From Candidatus Bathyarchaeota archaeon (GTDB taxonomy: Archaea; Thermoproteota; CALKCG01; B24; DRYS01), in contig JANXEK010000005.1 of assembly GCA_025058595.1 (NCBI GenBank), positions 4,685-68,684 of the forward strand: 64,000 nt of DNA, given 5' to 3'. The stretch's first letter is position 1, and each line of letters starts with the position of its first letter. Under the pieces are notes generated by a model. That model saw only the letters and a list, made by a program, of their open reading frames with translations, was not told the DNA's origin and made no database searches. The position numbers and the translations under genes were made by a program. Positions 39,320 to 50,133 of the stretch are shown here, piece by piece.

Positions 39320-39546
39320 CTAATACGTCATATCTAAGATATATACATCTCTAAACGTTAACCAGTATTTATCTTCTATGCATCCCTACCTTATCGATAT
39401 ATGCCTAAAGTATCGCTTACCGTATATCAAACTATACCATTCCCCCTATACTCCATACCTATTTCATCGGCATTAAAATATTAAAATATATATCTTCCCT
39501 TAACGCTGCTTTATAATCGAAGGAATACTATATTGTATAGTTCGAG

Positions 39547-39984
39547 GTGGTTGGAGTTATGTCTATAGGTAAAGCTCAACAGCAGAGGTTTAGGATATCC
39601 CCATCTGGCAGGGGTGCTATATTTAGGATGAAGAGATGGTTCTATGCTACATTCTACAGCGGTGTCTCTGATAGAGAGGTTAAAGAATCTAATAGGAGGA
39701 TATGGCTCGATCTATCTAGGAAGCTGATCGAAGAGATAAATAAGAGGAGTGCAGCGGATAAACCGACTAGGATAGTTTTGGAATACGAAGTCGATCCGAA
39801 GGGGTTGTTTAAACCTATATCTGCTACGGTAGAAATTCTAGAGCTTAAACCGGTTGAAACGTTCAGAACATATTTTATCGAAGAAACTAAATTGAGAGAA
39901 GTAGAAGAATTAAAAGCTATGCTATCAGAAATTCTTAAGAAAGCTAGAGAGTTAGGGGTAAGTATCGAAGAACTTACTAGATAA
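39547..39984 (+). CDS. Hypothetical protein (145 aa)
   Basis: ORF only. Confidence 0.35.
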   Translation: MVGVMSIGKAQQQRFRISPSGRGAIFRMKRWFYATFYSGVSDREVKESNRRIWLDLSRKLIEEINKRSAADKPTRIVLEYEVDPKGLFKPISATVEILELKPVETFRTYFIEETKLREVEELKAMLSEILKKARELGVSIEELTR

Positions 39985-40072
39985 CTGAAAGATCTAATCT
40001 AATCAGATGATGCAGATGTAGGTGAAAGGTTAGCTTACGCTATGCAGGATTATGAAGGTTATAGCATAGCTA

Positions 40073-40876
40073 TTAGATAACCTTACGAAGCCACTCTAAC
40101 GTTTTATTTATAACCTCCCTCGTATGTTCCCTCTTCGAGAACGTATGATCCCCACCCCTCACTATGTAGAGCTCATTCCTACTATCTAGATCTCTAACCG
40201 AATCGAAATACCTCCTAACCTCCTCTACAGGTATAACCTGATCCCTATCTCCATGTACTATGAGGATCGGAGCTTTAATCTCCCTCATAACATCGGACGG
40301 AACTATATAATCTACCGTTTCGAAGAATCGTTTCTTCAAATACCAGCCAGGTGATACCTCTACGGCTTCACCTAGATCTAACCTATCGATCTGCTCCCTA
40401 GGCATCCAGGATAGCATCCTCCCCCTCAATGGGCCTAAAGCTGGAGAATATAGTATCGCGAATCTTATCCTAGCATCCATAGATGCTAGGATAGCAGCAA
40501 CCCTTCCACCCATACTCAAACCTAAAACTCCAACCCTAGATCTATCGAGATACCTATACCTCATAAACAGCGATAAAGCTCTCCTGCCATCGCTCACCTC
40601 TCCGGGCAGCGTCATATCCTCGAAATCTCCATCGCTATCCCCCGATCCTCTGAAATCGAACCGGAAGACTATAAACCCGGAATCGCAGAGGCTTCTAGCT
40701 ACATGAACGAAAAGCCTATGTGCTTCGATTTTATTCCCTGTGAATCCGTGGAACATAACTATCCCGGGAGCTTTCCCCCTATAGGCTATATCGTCAGGTA
40801 CGTGTAGAATGCCGACTAAGCATTGCCTCTCGTTCCTGAATACTATAGGTTTAATCAACTTCAACACCGGTAGCAT
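40073..40876 (-). CDS. Alpha/beta-fold hydrolase (dienelactone hydrolase/S9-like)
   Basis: Nucleophile elbow GLSMGG; Asp and His at C-terminal positions. Confidence 0.7.
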   Translation of the reverse strand: MLPVLKLIKPIVFRNERQCLVGILHVPDDIAYRGKAPGIVMFHGFTGNKIEAHRLFVHVARSLCDSGFIVFRFDFRGSGDSDGDFEDMTLPGEVSDGRRALSLFMRYRYLDRSRVGVLGLSMGGRVAAILASMDARIRFAILYSPALGPLRGRMLSWMPREQIDRLDLGEAVEVSPGWYLKKRFFETVDYIVPSDVMREIKAPILIVHGDRDQVIPVEEVRRYFDSVRDLDSRNELYIVRGGDHTFSKREHTREVINKTLEWLRKVI

Positions 40877-42133
40877 TATATCGGGTCGACTAGAGTATTT
40901 AAACCCAGATCGTGGAATAGGTAAGTAAACCTCACTATCGAATCTACATTCAAGCTTAATTATCCCGAGAAACTAGATACCTAAAAATATAATGTAACCA
41001 TACATCATCGTAGATCGACTTAATAGGCTACCTAGCGAGCTGGCTGAAGCCCGATATTTTAGGTAGACCTCTAAGCAGTATTTGAAGCAGAGTACTCGAA
41101 AACGGAAGAGAAATATATCGCTTTGATGAGGATCCTTACAGCGATCCTCATCACGGTTTAGCAGCCCTCCCAGTCTGCTATCTTTCGATCATGAATGAAC
41201 ACTCCAGCTTACTAGGCTACGAGAATAACACAAATACTTCAAGAGCCGTATCAGTCTTACGAAACCTAGCCCTAACTTTCATGAAAGAAGTGTATGAGAC
41301 GTTAACCCATGCAGTTTTCGAAGACGACATCTATATTGGATAGGTTACTATGAAGCTTCTTGATGACTTGAAGGGCTATAGCTTGACAGTGTTGAGAGCC
41401 CATAGTGCAGCCGATACTATATACAGTTCCTATACTTTTTTCAGCGTTGAAGCCTATAGCTCGGATCGGTAACTTAATACAGAGCTCTACGGTACATATG
41501 GAGAGGCTTATATCTTCGATATGAGCAAAAGATTTGATAACAATATTCTCGGATGATAATATTGCTGATGAGAAGGATAGAAGCATATTATTGGGGATAG
41601 TAATGATAAGTGTTATCATGCGTAAGTTGTCGAATCTATATTGTCAAAGCGAAAGTGGATAATTAAAATCTGAGCGAATATACACTCATCCGAGTACTAA
41701 TTCATAAAAGTTAAGTCTCTAAGCTCAGACCCCTAGCTATATTCATCATATTTTTAACGTTAATTTGTGGAGAGGCTTAAACCCATTTTGATACAAGTTT
41801 CCAATTAATAATTTCCGGGTTTAAATCTCTTCCTTTTAATTTTTCGGGGTAATGTGAGGGATGAGATCTACGACCTTTAGGTGATGCTCTCGTATAAACC
41901 TATTAATATTTATCTTAAGCGTCTTCTCAAGTTTAAGATGGATCGCCTTCTCATAAGATCGTTAAGGTGAAAGCTAGCATAACCTTACAATTCAATCATA
42001 AGCCGTGAAATGATGTAAATGTATAAAATATAGAAATAATTATTCGGATACGCCACGCAGAAACGCTAAAACTTAAAAGAAAGGATAGGTGGTTAGGTTA
42101 CGTTGAGGTTGCGGAAAATAAAGAGGGAGAGCG

Positions 42134-45130
42134 ATGAAAAATTACTATCAACGCACGGAGCAGATAACCCTCAAGGAAAATTTAGAACGGGCTCTACCAA
42201 GCGCATCTGAAGCTCTTATTCTCTCAATCGATGCTCTCCTAAGTCGCTTAGGCTCCTCTCCATCCGGGCTCTCCTCCGAAGAGGCTGAGAGACGCCTAAA
42301 GATTTTTGGCTATAATGAAGTTGCTAGGAGGAAAAAGAGAGCTCTCATAATCGAGTTTTTGTATCATTTTAGAAATCCGCTGGTAATTATATTATTGATC
42401 GCCGGCTTAATCTCATCTCTTCTAGGTGAGAGCGAGAGCGCCATAATAGTGTTTTCGATAGTAGTGATGAGCACGCTCCTAGACTTCTACCAGGAGCATA
42501 AGGCTGAAAAGGCTGCCGAGATGCTTAGGGAGAGAGTAGCCATTACAGCCACCGTGCTTAGGGATGGGGTTAAACGCGAGGTGAAAATCACTGAGATTGT
42601 TCCGGGAGACATTATACTTTTATCGGCTGGAGACATCGTGCCAGCCGATGCTAGGGTGATAAGCGCGAAGGATTTATTTGTTGATCAATCGGTGTTAACT
42701 GGTGAGTCTTTCCCAGTCGAGAAGACACCATCACCTCTCAAATCTAGCAACGTTCCGGTTACCGAGTGGAGTAACTATCTTTTCATGGGTACATCTATTG
42801 TAAGCGGGTCAGCAACAGCCTTAGTGATTAGAACTGGAAGTCGGACGGAGTATGGGCGGATCGCTGGTGTGCTCACCGCTAGGGGTCCTGAAACAGAATT
42901 TCAGAGAGGTATCCGAAGATTTGGCTATATGATCATGGAGACGACATTCCTGCTCGTCCTATTCGTGTTCTTCATAAATGCGCTTTATAAGCGGGACGTC
43001 CTCGAATCACTCCTCTTCGCCATCTCACTAGCTGTAGGCTTAACTCCAGAACTGCTACCGATGATATTTTCGATAAATCTGTCTAGGGGCGCCGTAGATA
43101 TGGCTAAAAAGAAAGTCATAGTTAAGCGTTTAGCATCGATACAAAACCTTGGAAGCATGGACGTTTTATGTACAGATAAAACCGGGACGTTAACAGAGAA
43201 CAAGATAAAACTGATCATCCATATAGACGTTAATGGAAGGGAGAGCGAGAAAGTACTGTTGTACTCTTACCTCAATAGTTTTTATCAGACCGGATTAAGA
43301 AGCCCTCTTGACGAGGCCATATTAGCGTATAAGAGTATAGATATCAAAGGTTACGGGAAAATTGATGAAATACCGTTCGATTTTGTGCGTAAGCGTCTCT
43401 CCATAATTGTTGAACACGAAAATCAACGTTACATGATTACTAAGGGTGCGCCTGAAGAAATCTTAAAAGTTTGCTCCTTCTACGAGCTGGATGATCTTGC
43501 ATCTGATTTAACCGAGGAAGTCCGTAAAAGGATCGAACAGAAATATCTTGAGCTGAGCGCTGAGGGTTATAGGGTTTTAGGCGTAGCATATAAGCGATTG
43601 AAAGAATATAAGCCCATATACTCTGTTGGCGACGAGAATAACATGGTTTTCCTTGGCTTCATAGGCTTCCTTGACCCGCCTAAGGAGACTGCGAGGGAGG
43701 TAATAAGGCTTCTAAAGGAGGCTGGCATCGAATTAAAGATACTCACCGGCGATAATGAGCTTGTCACTAGAAAGGTATGTGAGTATCTCGGCTTTGAAAT
43801 TAAGGGGATTCTCCTCGGAAATGAGATTGAGCATATGCATGATGATGCCCTAGCGAGGGCTGTTGAGGAAGTGAATATCTTCTGCCGTGTAACACCAGCC
43901 CAAAAGAATAGGATAATAAATGCTTTGAAGGCTAATGGGCATGTGGTAGGCTTCCTCGGAGATGGAATAAACGATGCGCCATCATTAAAGAACGCTGATG
44001 TCGGCATATCCGTAAATAACGCGGTTGATGTCGCGAAGGAAGCTGCAGACATAATACTCCTGGAGAACGATTTAACTATCCTCCATGAGGGTGTTCTGGA
44101 GGGGAGGAAAACCTTCGGCAACACTATGAAGTATATTATGATGGCCGTTAGCTCGAACTTCGGCAACATGTTCAGTGTAGCTGGCGGATCGCTATTCTTA
44201 CCGTTTCTACCGATGCTTCCAACACAAATACTGCTAAACAACCTACTATACGATTTAACCCAGACAGCTATACCATTGGATATGGTTGATCAAGAATATT
44301 TGGAGAAGCCTAAAAGATGGGATTTATTCTTTATCAGCAGGTTTATGATAGTTTTTGGGCCGATAAGCTCGATCTTCGACTTCCTAACATACTTCATAAT
44401 GCTCCTAGCCTTTAAGGCTGCGGAATCACTATTCCAGACAGCATGGTTCCTAGAATCCCTGCTGACCCAGACACTAGTGGTTTTCGCCATAAGGACGAAG
44501 AGGTCTCCATTCTATAGGAGTAAGCCTAGCAAAACTTTAATCTTCACGAGTGTATCCGTAGTGATCTTCACCCTAGTGCTACCATATACGTGGTTGGGGA
44601 CAATCTTTAGTTTTGTTCAACCCCAAGTTGAATTCTATCCTACGCTAGCCGCTATAATAGGCGCATACCTAACATTGGTTGAAGCCGCCAAAAGATGGTT
44701 TTATAGGAGGTATGGATACCGCCTAGAGCAGATATTAATACCGTATAGGAAGGTCGGCCTATACTTAAGCAGAACAGCTAAAGCTGTTCAAAACGTTATA
44801 GCCATGATTTACCTAAGGGCTGAAGACGAGATCCCCATAAGCTCTTTAGTTGGCGACTTAGAGCAGGCTGCAGCTTATCCAACTAGCCTCGAGGAAATAT
44901 ATCACAGTATACAGTACCTGCGTAGGGCGGGGCTAATCTCCGTTAACTGGCGTGAAGGGAAAATTTGGCGTGAGAAGGCTATGAAGGATTATGTTGAGAA
45001 ATATATATTCAACGAGCTCTGGCCCAGGGTCTCAGAGAACTGGCGGATCATAGGTCTATTCATACAAGCGAGATACGGAAAAATAAACCAGGAATATACC
45101 GTTCTCTTATCTAAAGCACAGAAAACATAA
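42134..45130 (+). CDS. mgtA: Magnesium-translocating P-type ATPase (MgtA-like) with ~100-aa C-terminal extension
   Basis: IFGYNEV N-terminus, DKTGTLT phosphorylation site, TGDN, GDGINDAP. 998 aa against ~900 for canonical MgtA. Codon usage differs from surrounding genes. Confidence 0.85.
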   Translation: MKNYYQRTEQITLKENLERALPSASEALILSIDALLSRLGSSPSGLSSEEAERRLKIFGYNEVARRKKRALIIEFLYHFRNPLVIILLIAGLISSLLGESESAIIVFSIVVMSTLLDFYQEHKAEKAAEMLRERVAITATVLRDGVKREVKITEIVPGDIILLSAGDIVPADARVISAKDLFVDQSVLTGESFPVEKTPSPLKSSNVPVTEWSNYLFMGTSIVSGSATALVIRTGSRTEYGRIAGVLTARGPETEFQRGIRRFGYMIMETTFLLVLFVFFINALYKRDVLESLLFAISLAVGLTPELLPMIFSINLSRGAVDMAKKKVIVKRLASIQNLGSMDVLCTDKTGTLTENKIKLIIHIDVNGRESEKVLLYSYLNSFYQTGLRSPLDEAILAYKSIDIKGYGKIDEIPFDFVRKRLSIIVEHENQRYMITKGAPEEILKVCSFYELDDLASDLTEEVRKRIEQKYLELSAEGYRVLGVAYKRLKEYKPIYSVGDENNMVFLGFIGFLDPPKETAREVIRLLKEAGIELKILTGDNELVTRKVCEYLGFEIKGILLGNEIEHMHDDALARAVEEVNIFCRVTPAQKNRIINALKANGHVVGFLGDGINDAPSLKNADVGISVNNAVDVAKEAADIILLENDLTILHEGVLEGRKTFGNTMKYIMMAVSSNFGNMFSVAGGSLFLPFLPMLPTQILLNNLLYDLTQTAIPLDMVDQEYLEKPKRWDLFFISRFMIVFGPISSIFDFLTYFIMLLAFKAAESLFQTAWFLESLLTQTLVVFAIRTKRSPFYRSKPSKTLIFTSVSVVIFTLVLPYTWLGTIFSFVQPQVEFYPTLAAIIGAYLTLVEAAKRWFYRRYGYRLEQILIPYRKVGLYLSRTAKAVQNVIAMIYLRAEDEIPISSLVGDLEQAAAYPTSLEEIYHSIQYLRRAGLISVNWREGKIWREKAMKDYVEKYIFNELWPRVSENWRIIGLFIQARYGKINQEYTVLLSKAQKT

Positions 45131-45401
45131 GAGATTCTTCGATTATTATGAAATCAGTTAACTAAAGCAATATCTTTAATCGCGCATGCTCCTATTAATT
45201 CATTGCCCTTATTTAGAATACTGCATGCTTATGGTTAATCTTTGACGTAATACCCGCCCGGCGATAACTAACCGAATACTATTAACGCCGTTATTGATGT
45301 TGTTAGCTAGTCTAAACTCATGTTCAACTTAATTCTGTTGACTACTTTCTCTAGCGTTCTAAGGTTATCCAGTATAATTTCATGTTCAGCCTTAAATATG
45401 T

Positions 45402-45599
45402 TTATTGGACGGGTCTCCTCCAAAATATGCTCCCCCTTTTAAGGATGATGACTCTCAAACATATATCGCAAAGTCTCCTGATCTCCTCTGGACTAAAGCC
45501 CTCTTCAATAAGCTCCCTATCGAATCTTCTTATGCCCTTAAGGAATAGCATAGCCCTATAACGTCTCAACTCCTTATCCAAGCTCTCAACAAGCTCCAT
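45402..45599 (-). CDS. Small hypothetical protein (65 aa) abutting tRNA-Leu
   Basis: The ORF-track version (to 45668) would overlap the tRNA. An internal Met start at 45599 is more plausible. Confidence 0.25.
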   Translation of the reverse strand: MELVESLDKELRRYRAMLFLKGIRRFDRELIEEGFSPEEIRRLCDICLRVIILKRGSIFWRRPVQ

Positions 45600-45644
45600 T
45601 AGAAACCTAATCCTTCTCACGTAGTCGCTTAATTCTCCTTTGAT

Positions 45645-45728
45645 GCGGGGGGTGGGATTCGAACCCACGAAGGCCTACGCCACAGGGTTCTGAGCCCTGC
45701 GCCTTAGACCAGGCTTGGCTACCCCCGC
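45645..45728 (-). tRNA. tRNA-Leu (anticodon CAG)
   Basis: Acceptor GCGGGGG/CCCCCGC, anticodon arm CAGGG-CTCAGAA-CCCTG, long variable arm, T-arm GTGGG-TTCGAAT-CCCAC, discriminator A. Confidence 0.85.
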
Positions 45729-45982
45729 TCTTAAACTCGTAATTATACCATGCGTCATATCGTTTAAACTTTTGGATAAGAATTTCGCTAGTAAGATCAT
45801 GGTTATGGATCAAAGCATTTACAAGCTGCTATAGGCGTTTGAAGCTTAGATCCGACATCATCTATATTGGTATACCCTTCCTCTATTGTTTAAACCATAA
45901 TTCCAGATAACTCTTCTAATCGGTTCGCTCACGATTCTAGGTATCAACACCTCATTTCTACGACTCATAACAGTAAATGCTA

Positions 45983-47065
45983 CTAGTATAATATGGATTC
46001 GAGTCTATTCTTTCTAATGGCTTCCCTTATCTCTCTAGCCATCCTTCTCCCGGTGGACATAGGTTCATCGTAATAGAAGGCTGAGTATGGCGACCCGTAT
46101 ATGTATAGGTTTGTTCCCGCTACTATCCTCGCAGATACTTCGAATACTGTGAAGCCTCTCTTCGGGTTGTATATCGTCTCTATGCAGAATGGACCTATAA
46201 GACCTGGGTAGAACAGCTTCCTAGAGGTTGAAGCTAATCTAGCCGCTATCTCTAGTAAATCTACTAGAAGCTTCTCTCTTAGGACTACCGGTTGGTTGCC
46301 TGTAACAGTGAAATCCATGTATTCCTCGATAACGTCGGGCCAACCTCTATGCATCTCATCTATAACCTCTAACCGGCGATCTATACCTAGAAGCTCTAGC
46401 CTCCCGTAGTCAACCCCAGATACGTTAGGTTTCTCTAACAGGCTTAGGAAGAAGTGCGGATAGTATCGAACCCCGACTATATACTCCTCTATCACGTATC
46501 CCTCTGTATATCCTAGCTTCTGAAGCTTAGATCCAAGATCGAATCTATCCGAAGCTGTAAAGTATCTAGATCCACCTTTAGCTCCATGGAACTTAACTAT
46601 AACCCTACGATCCACCTCGGATGGTGAACTGTAGATTCTAGGTGTAGGTATACCTGCTTTTTCGAGCCACTCCCTCTGCCTCCTACGATCACCTTCCCAT
46701 AGTAGTGTCAACCTATTACCGAACATAGGTACAAGAAAATGCTCGAGTATATTCTCAGCTCCGATATACTCTACGAATGAGCCGTGCGGTATGATTATAG
46801 CATTTTCGCATCTAAGCTTCTCCTGAACATCTCTACGAAGGATCTCATCGTAGCTACCGACCTCTATGAATATATCTGGTCTAGCTAGAGGGAAGCTCTC
46901 ATAGTATGGGCGGCTTCTAGCCGTAGCTATACCTATAGTAGTGAAACTCTCCATCCTAGCTCCATGGAATATCTGGAGGGCTGAATGGCTGCATACAGTC
47001 GCAATCTTAAGATTATTCTCATCGTACCTAGATAGTATAGCCGAGATATCTTCCCTAGATATCAA
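45983..47065 (-). CDS. purP: 5-formaminoimidazole-4-carboxamide ribonucleotide synthetase PurP (ATP-grasp), paralogue 2
   Basis: N-terminal ...IATVCSHSALQI... and the ATP-grasp pattern are typical of archaeal PurP. Confidence 0.75.
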   Translation of the reverse strand: MISREDISAILSRYDENNLKIATVCSHSALQIFHGARMESFTTIGIATARSRPYYESFPLARPDIFIEVGSYDEILRRDVQEKLRCENAIIIPHGSFVEYIGAENILEHFLVPMFGNRLTLLWEGDRRRQREWLEKAGIPTPRIYSSPSEVDRRVIVKFHGAKGGSRYFTASDRFDLGSKLQKLGYTEGYVIEEYIVGVRYYPHFFLSLLEKPNVSGVDYGRLELLGIDRRLEVIDEMHRGWPDVIEEYMDFTVTGNQPVVLREKLLVDLLEIAARLASTSRKLFYPGLIGPFCIETIYNPKRGFTVFEVSARIVAGTNLYIYGSPYSAFYYDEPMSTGRRMAREIREAIRKNRLESILY

Positions 47066-48213
47066 GTTAGTGTATCACCCACTCTACCCTGCTTCACAGC
47101 TTCTCTAACCTCTAAAGCTAACCTCCTACCTACACTCATAGAGAAACCCCATAGATCCTCGGTATACGGTGTATACTTTACCCCAGGTGATCCAGGTACT
47201 CTAACGCTTACATCGTAGACGATTATATCCTCCCTCGGAGGTCCAGGTACAACTACGCTTTGAAGAGCAAACGGACCTATAACCCCTGGAGGATACTCCT
47301 TCTTCGTTATGTCCACGAACTTCTCTGCAAGCTCAAATGCTCTCTCCAACAGGGATTCTCTAACCGTACAGGCAATGTGGCCGACCTCTATATTCTTAAC
47401 CTCGATATATCTGAGTATCTCGATCTGCTCGGGTGCAGGTATCCTGATCACGCCATCCAGATTACTCTGTCTACGCATATCTACGCCTATAAGCTCAACC
47501 TCACCGGTTAAAGGGGAGTAGAAGAAGTTGAAGTTAAAGTATGCTCCTATTACGAACTCCTCTATCCTAGCTTTACGGAGACTCTCCTCTGTCACTAATC
47601 CGCTCCTCAATAATTTCGACGTCTTCTCCTCGTAGTCTCTAGGGGATGATGCTAAGAAGAAAGCTCTCTCAAACCCTCTGAAAGCTTCAGATGCTTTAAC
47701 TATGACGAGCCTATCTATCTCGGATGGATCCTTGAATACTTTAGGTGTGGGTATACCTGCTTTCTCGAGTAGGTAATACTGCCCACGTTCTACATCTCTT
47801 TCCTCAACCTTAAGCAAGAATCTGTTACCGAATATAGGTACGTAGAACTCCTCCTCCAACGACTTGTAGCCTACGTAGACGCAGAGAGATCTATGAGGTA
47901 TGAATATCGTATTTCTACGTCTCAGCTCCTCCTGTACGCTATGCGAAACTATATCTCTAAACCTATCTAGGACTATGAAGTCATCTACGATACCGATATC
48001 GTAGCCATAGATCCTCCTAGATCTGAAGTATTTTGTGTAAGTCTTCTCCCTACCTTTCTCGCATACGACTATAGTCTTAAACCCTTCATCCTTTGCTCCA
48101 CGACATATCTCTAAAGCTGAATGGCTTCCAAGAACACCTATACAGAGATTCCCGGTATCGTATCGTTCGACTATACGATCTATCTCCTCCCTCGATATCA
48201 TACCCTTCGGCAT
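47062..48213 (-). CDS. purP: PurP (FAICAR synthetase), paralogue 1
   Basis: Homologous to the neighbouring gene (…CIGVLGSHSALEI…). Tandem paralogues with a 4-nt overlap. Confidence 0.75.
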   Translation of the reverse strand: MPKGMISREEIDRIVERYDTGNLCIGVLGSHSALEICRGAKDEGFKTIVVCEKGREKTYTKYFRSRRIYGYDIGIVDDFIVLDRFRDIVSHSVQEELRRRNTIFIPHRSLCVYVGYKSLEEEFYVPIFGNRFLLKVEERDVERGQYYLLEKAGIPTPKVFKDPSEIDRLVIVKASEAFRGFERAFFLASSPRDYEEKTSKLLRSGLVTEESLRKARIEEFVIGAYFNFNFFYSPLTGEVELIGVDMRRQSNLDGVIRIPAPEQIEILRYIEVKNIEVGHIACTVRESLLERAFELAEKFVDITKKEYPPGVIGPFALQSVVVPGPPREDIIVYDVSVRVPGSPGVKYTPYTEDLWGFSMSVGRRLALEVREAVKQGRVGDTLT

Positions 48214-48290
48214 CTTCTATCCGATAACTGCCAGATATAAGGGTTAGGATAGGCGTACGCTACAGCTTAAAGGGCAGGTTAGTAGGCTTC

Positions 48291-48764
48291 CTACTTAACT
48301 ACGAGAACCGGGCATCTCGCCCTCTTAACTATAGCTTCAGCTATATGGCCTAAGCCTGGTATCGATGTAGGTTTATCCATACCGCCTACTACAAGCAGAT
48401 CGTAGCCTTTCTCAGCTTCTCTAAGTATCTCCTCCTCAGGCCTCCCCTTCTTAACTACGAAATCTACAGATACACCGTAGGCTTCTGCCTCGGCTAGAGC
48501 CTCTTCCATAACCTCATGTATCCTTCTAAGCTCCTTTCTACCTATAGATTCATGGGGTATAGAGCTTATGATAACGGGTGTACCTACGCCTACCGTGATA
48601 TCGTGGTGGATCCTAAACGGCTTTACTATAGGAACATCTGTAACGTAGAGTAGATGTATCTCGGAAGGTTCGCTAAGCTTCTTAACGATCTCTAAGGTTA
48701 ACCTATAAGCTTTCAAGCTTGTAGTAGAACCATCGAACGCTACTAGTATCTTCAATCGAACCAC
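48291..48764 (-). CDS. Universal stress protein (UspA family)
   Basis: ILVAFDGS...LLVVG...G-x2-G-x9-GS ATP-binding motif. Confidence 0.8.
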   Translation of the reverse strand: MVRLKILVAFDGSTTSLKAYRLTLEIVKKLSEPSEIHLLYVTDVPIVKPFRIHHDITVGVGTPVIISSIPHESIGRKELRRIHEVMEEALAEAEAYGVSVDFVVKKGRPEEEILREAEKGYDLLVVGGMDKPTSIPGLGHIAEAIVKRARCPVLVVK

Positions 48765-48850
48765 ATCCCTCTAGATATTCTATGGAGGTAGCGGGATTTA
48801 AAACTTCGAATAAACCTAATACTGGTATAGGTAGGGAGGGGCTAGGAGGA

Positions 48851-50104
48851 TTAAACTCTTCTACCTATAGTTTTCCACACCATTATGGCTGTAGCTACTC
48901 TACCTGCTATCGATATGAGGTATACGATCCTGGTAGCCCATATCAACCCCATACATCCTTCTACGACGCTAGCGATATACCCTCCTACGAGAGAGCCTAC
49001 AGTAGTCGTTATACCTACCGATAAATTATATACGGCTATCCTCTCCCCGCGTTCAAGCTCGTTTACTATCCCTAACAGATAGGCGGTATATGCTGTTTCA
49101 CCCATAGCAGATATTAAACCTAACGCTATGTTATTCGCTACAAGTATCGGTAGCCGACCCGTAATCTCTGCGAGTAAATAGGATGTGGGAACTATGATAA
49201 GCGTTAAACGGTAGATCGTAATAACACGTTCACACCCATACCTACCTATAACTCTATCTACATATCTCTGGATCGAAAGCGAAGCTAACCCTTGAGATAT
49301 GCTGAGTATAGTTAGTGTAGCAGGTGGAAGCCTTAATATACTTTGTAAGGTTATAGGGAATATAGGCCAAGCTATCGATAACGCAAACGATGCTATAGCA
49401 TTCACTCTACAAAACTCGTAGAATACCCTATCCTGCTTCAACGATTTTAGATCGTATAGGCTGAATAGAGGTTTCTTAGCCCTAACCCTAGCTCTCTCTC
49501 CTTCCCTAACGTACAGGATTATCAGGCTCGATATTATACCTATAGAACCTGCGATGAGAAGCGGTACCTTATAAACCTCCCTTCCAGATCCTCCGGCTAT
49601 TGATGATATCCATCCAGATATCGCTGCAGCTACGATCGAACCTGAGAGGCTCCAAAGTCTTATATACGCTACCACCCTAGCTCTATCGGTCGACGTAGTG
49701 TTATCACCTATAAGTGCAGTCCACACCGGTGTGACAGCTGATACAGCTAGAGTCTGGATCATTATCAAGAGTAGGTATACCATTACGCTATCGGTGTAGG
49801 CTATTAGTATCCATGTCAAAGCTCCGATGATGCCTCCGAAGAATATTATCGGCACTCTTCTACCGATGTTATCGCTAAGTCTACCCCAAAAGGTTTGAAG
49901 GATAGATTGTGTAAAGTTCGTCGTAGATCTTATTAACCCCATATCGCTCGGGCTAGCACCTAGAAGTATAGGGTATACGCTTATGAACGGCGCAACCATG
50001 CCATCCCCTAGTGATGATAGTACAGATTTCACGAATAGAAGTCTCAAATTCCTATGCGTATAGTTCCGGTCTTCCTCCACCATCGACTTCAACGATCTAG
50101 TCAT
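48851..50104 (-). CDS. MFS transporter
   Basis: 12 predicted TM segments. GRLSDNIGRR MFS loop motif. Confidence 0.7.
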   Translation of the reverse strand: MTRSLKSMVEEDRNYTHRNLRLLFVKSVLSSLGDGMVAPFISVYPILLGASPSDMGLIRSTTNFTQSILQTFWGRLSDNIGRRVPIIFFGGIIGALTWILIAYTDSVMVYLLLIMIQTLAVSAVTPVWTALIGDNTTSTDRARVVAYIRLWSLSGSIVAAAISGWISSIAGGSGREVYKVPLLIAGSIGIISSLIILYVREGERARVRAKKPLFSLYDLKSLKQDRVFYEFCRVNAIASFALSIAWPIFPITLQSILRLPPATLTILSISQGLASLSIQRYVDRVIGRYGCERVITIYRLTLIIVPTSYLLAEITGRLPILVANNIALGLISAMGETAYTAYLLGIVNELERGERIAVYNLSVGITTTVGSLVGGYIASVVEGCMGLIWATRIVYLISIAGRVATAIMVWKTIGRRV

Positions 50105-50133
50105 GACACCTAAAAATAAGCATTCTATCTAGA

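Noticed and set aside
41302-41619. 105-aa minus-strand ORF in the AT-rich region upstream of mgtA
   Set aside because: Low-complexity, Ile/Ser-rich translation in AT-rich DNA with no family features. The region is better read as decayed non-coding DNA.
45607-45813. 68-aa ORF on the minus strand
   Set aside because: It is the reverse reading of tRNA-Leu (45645-45728) and its flanks. Spurious.
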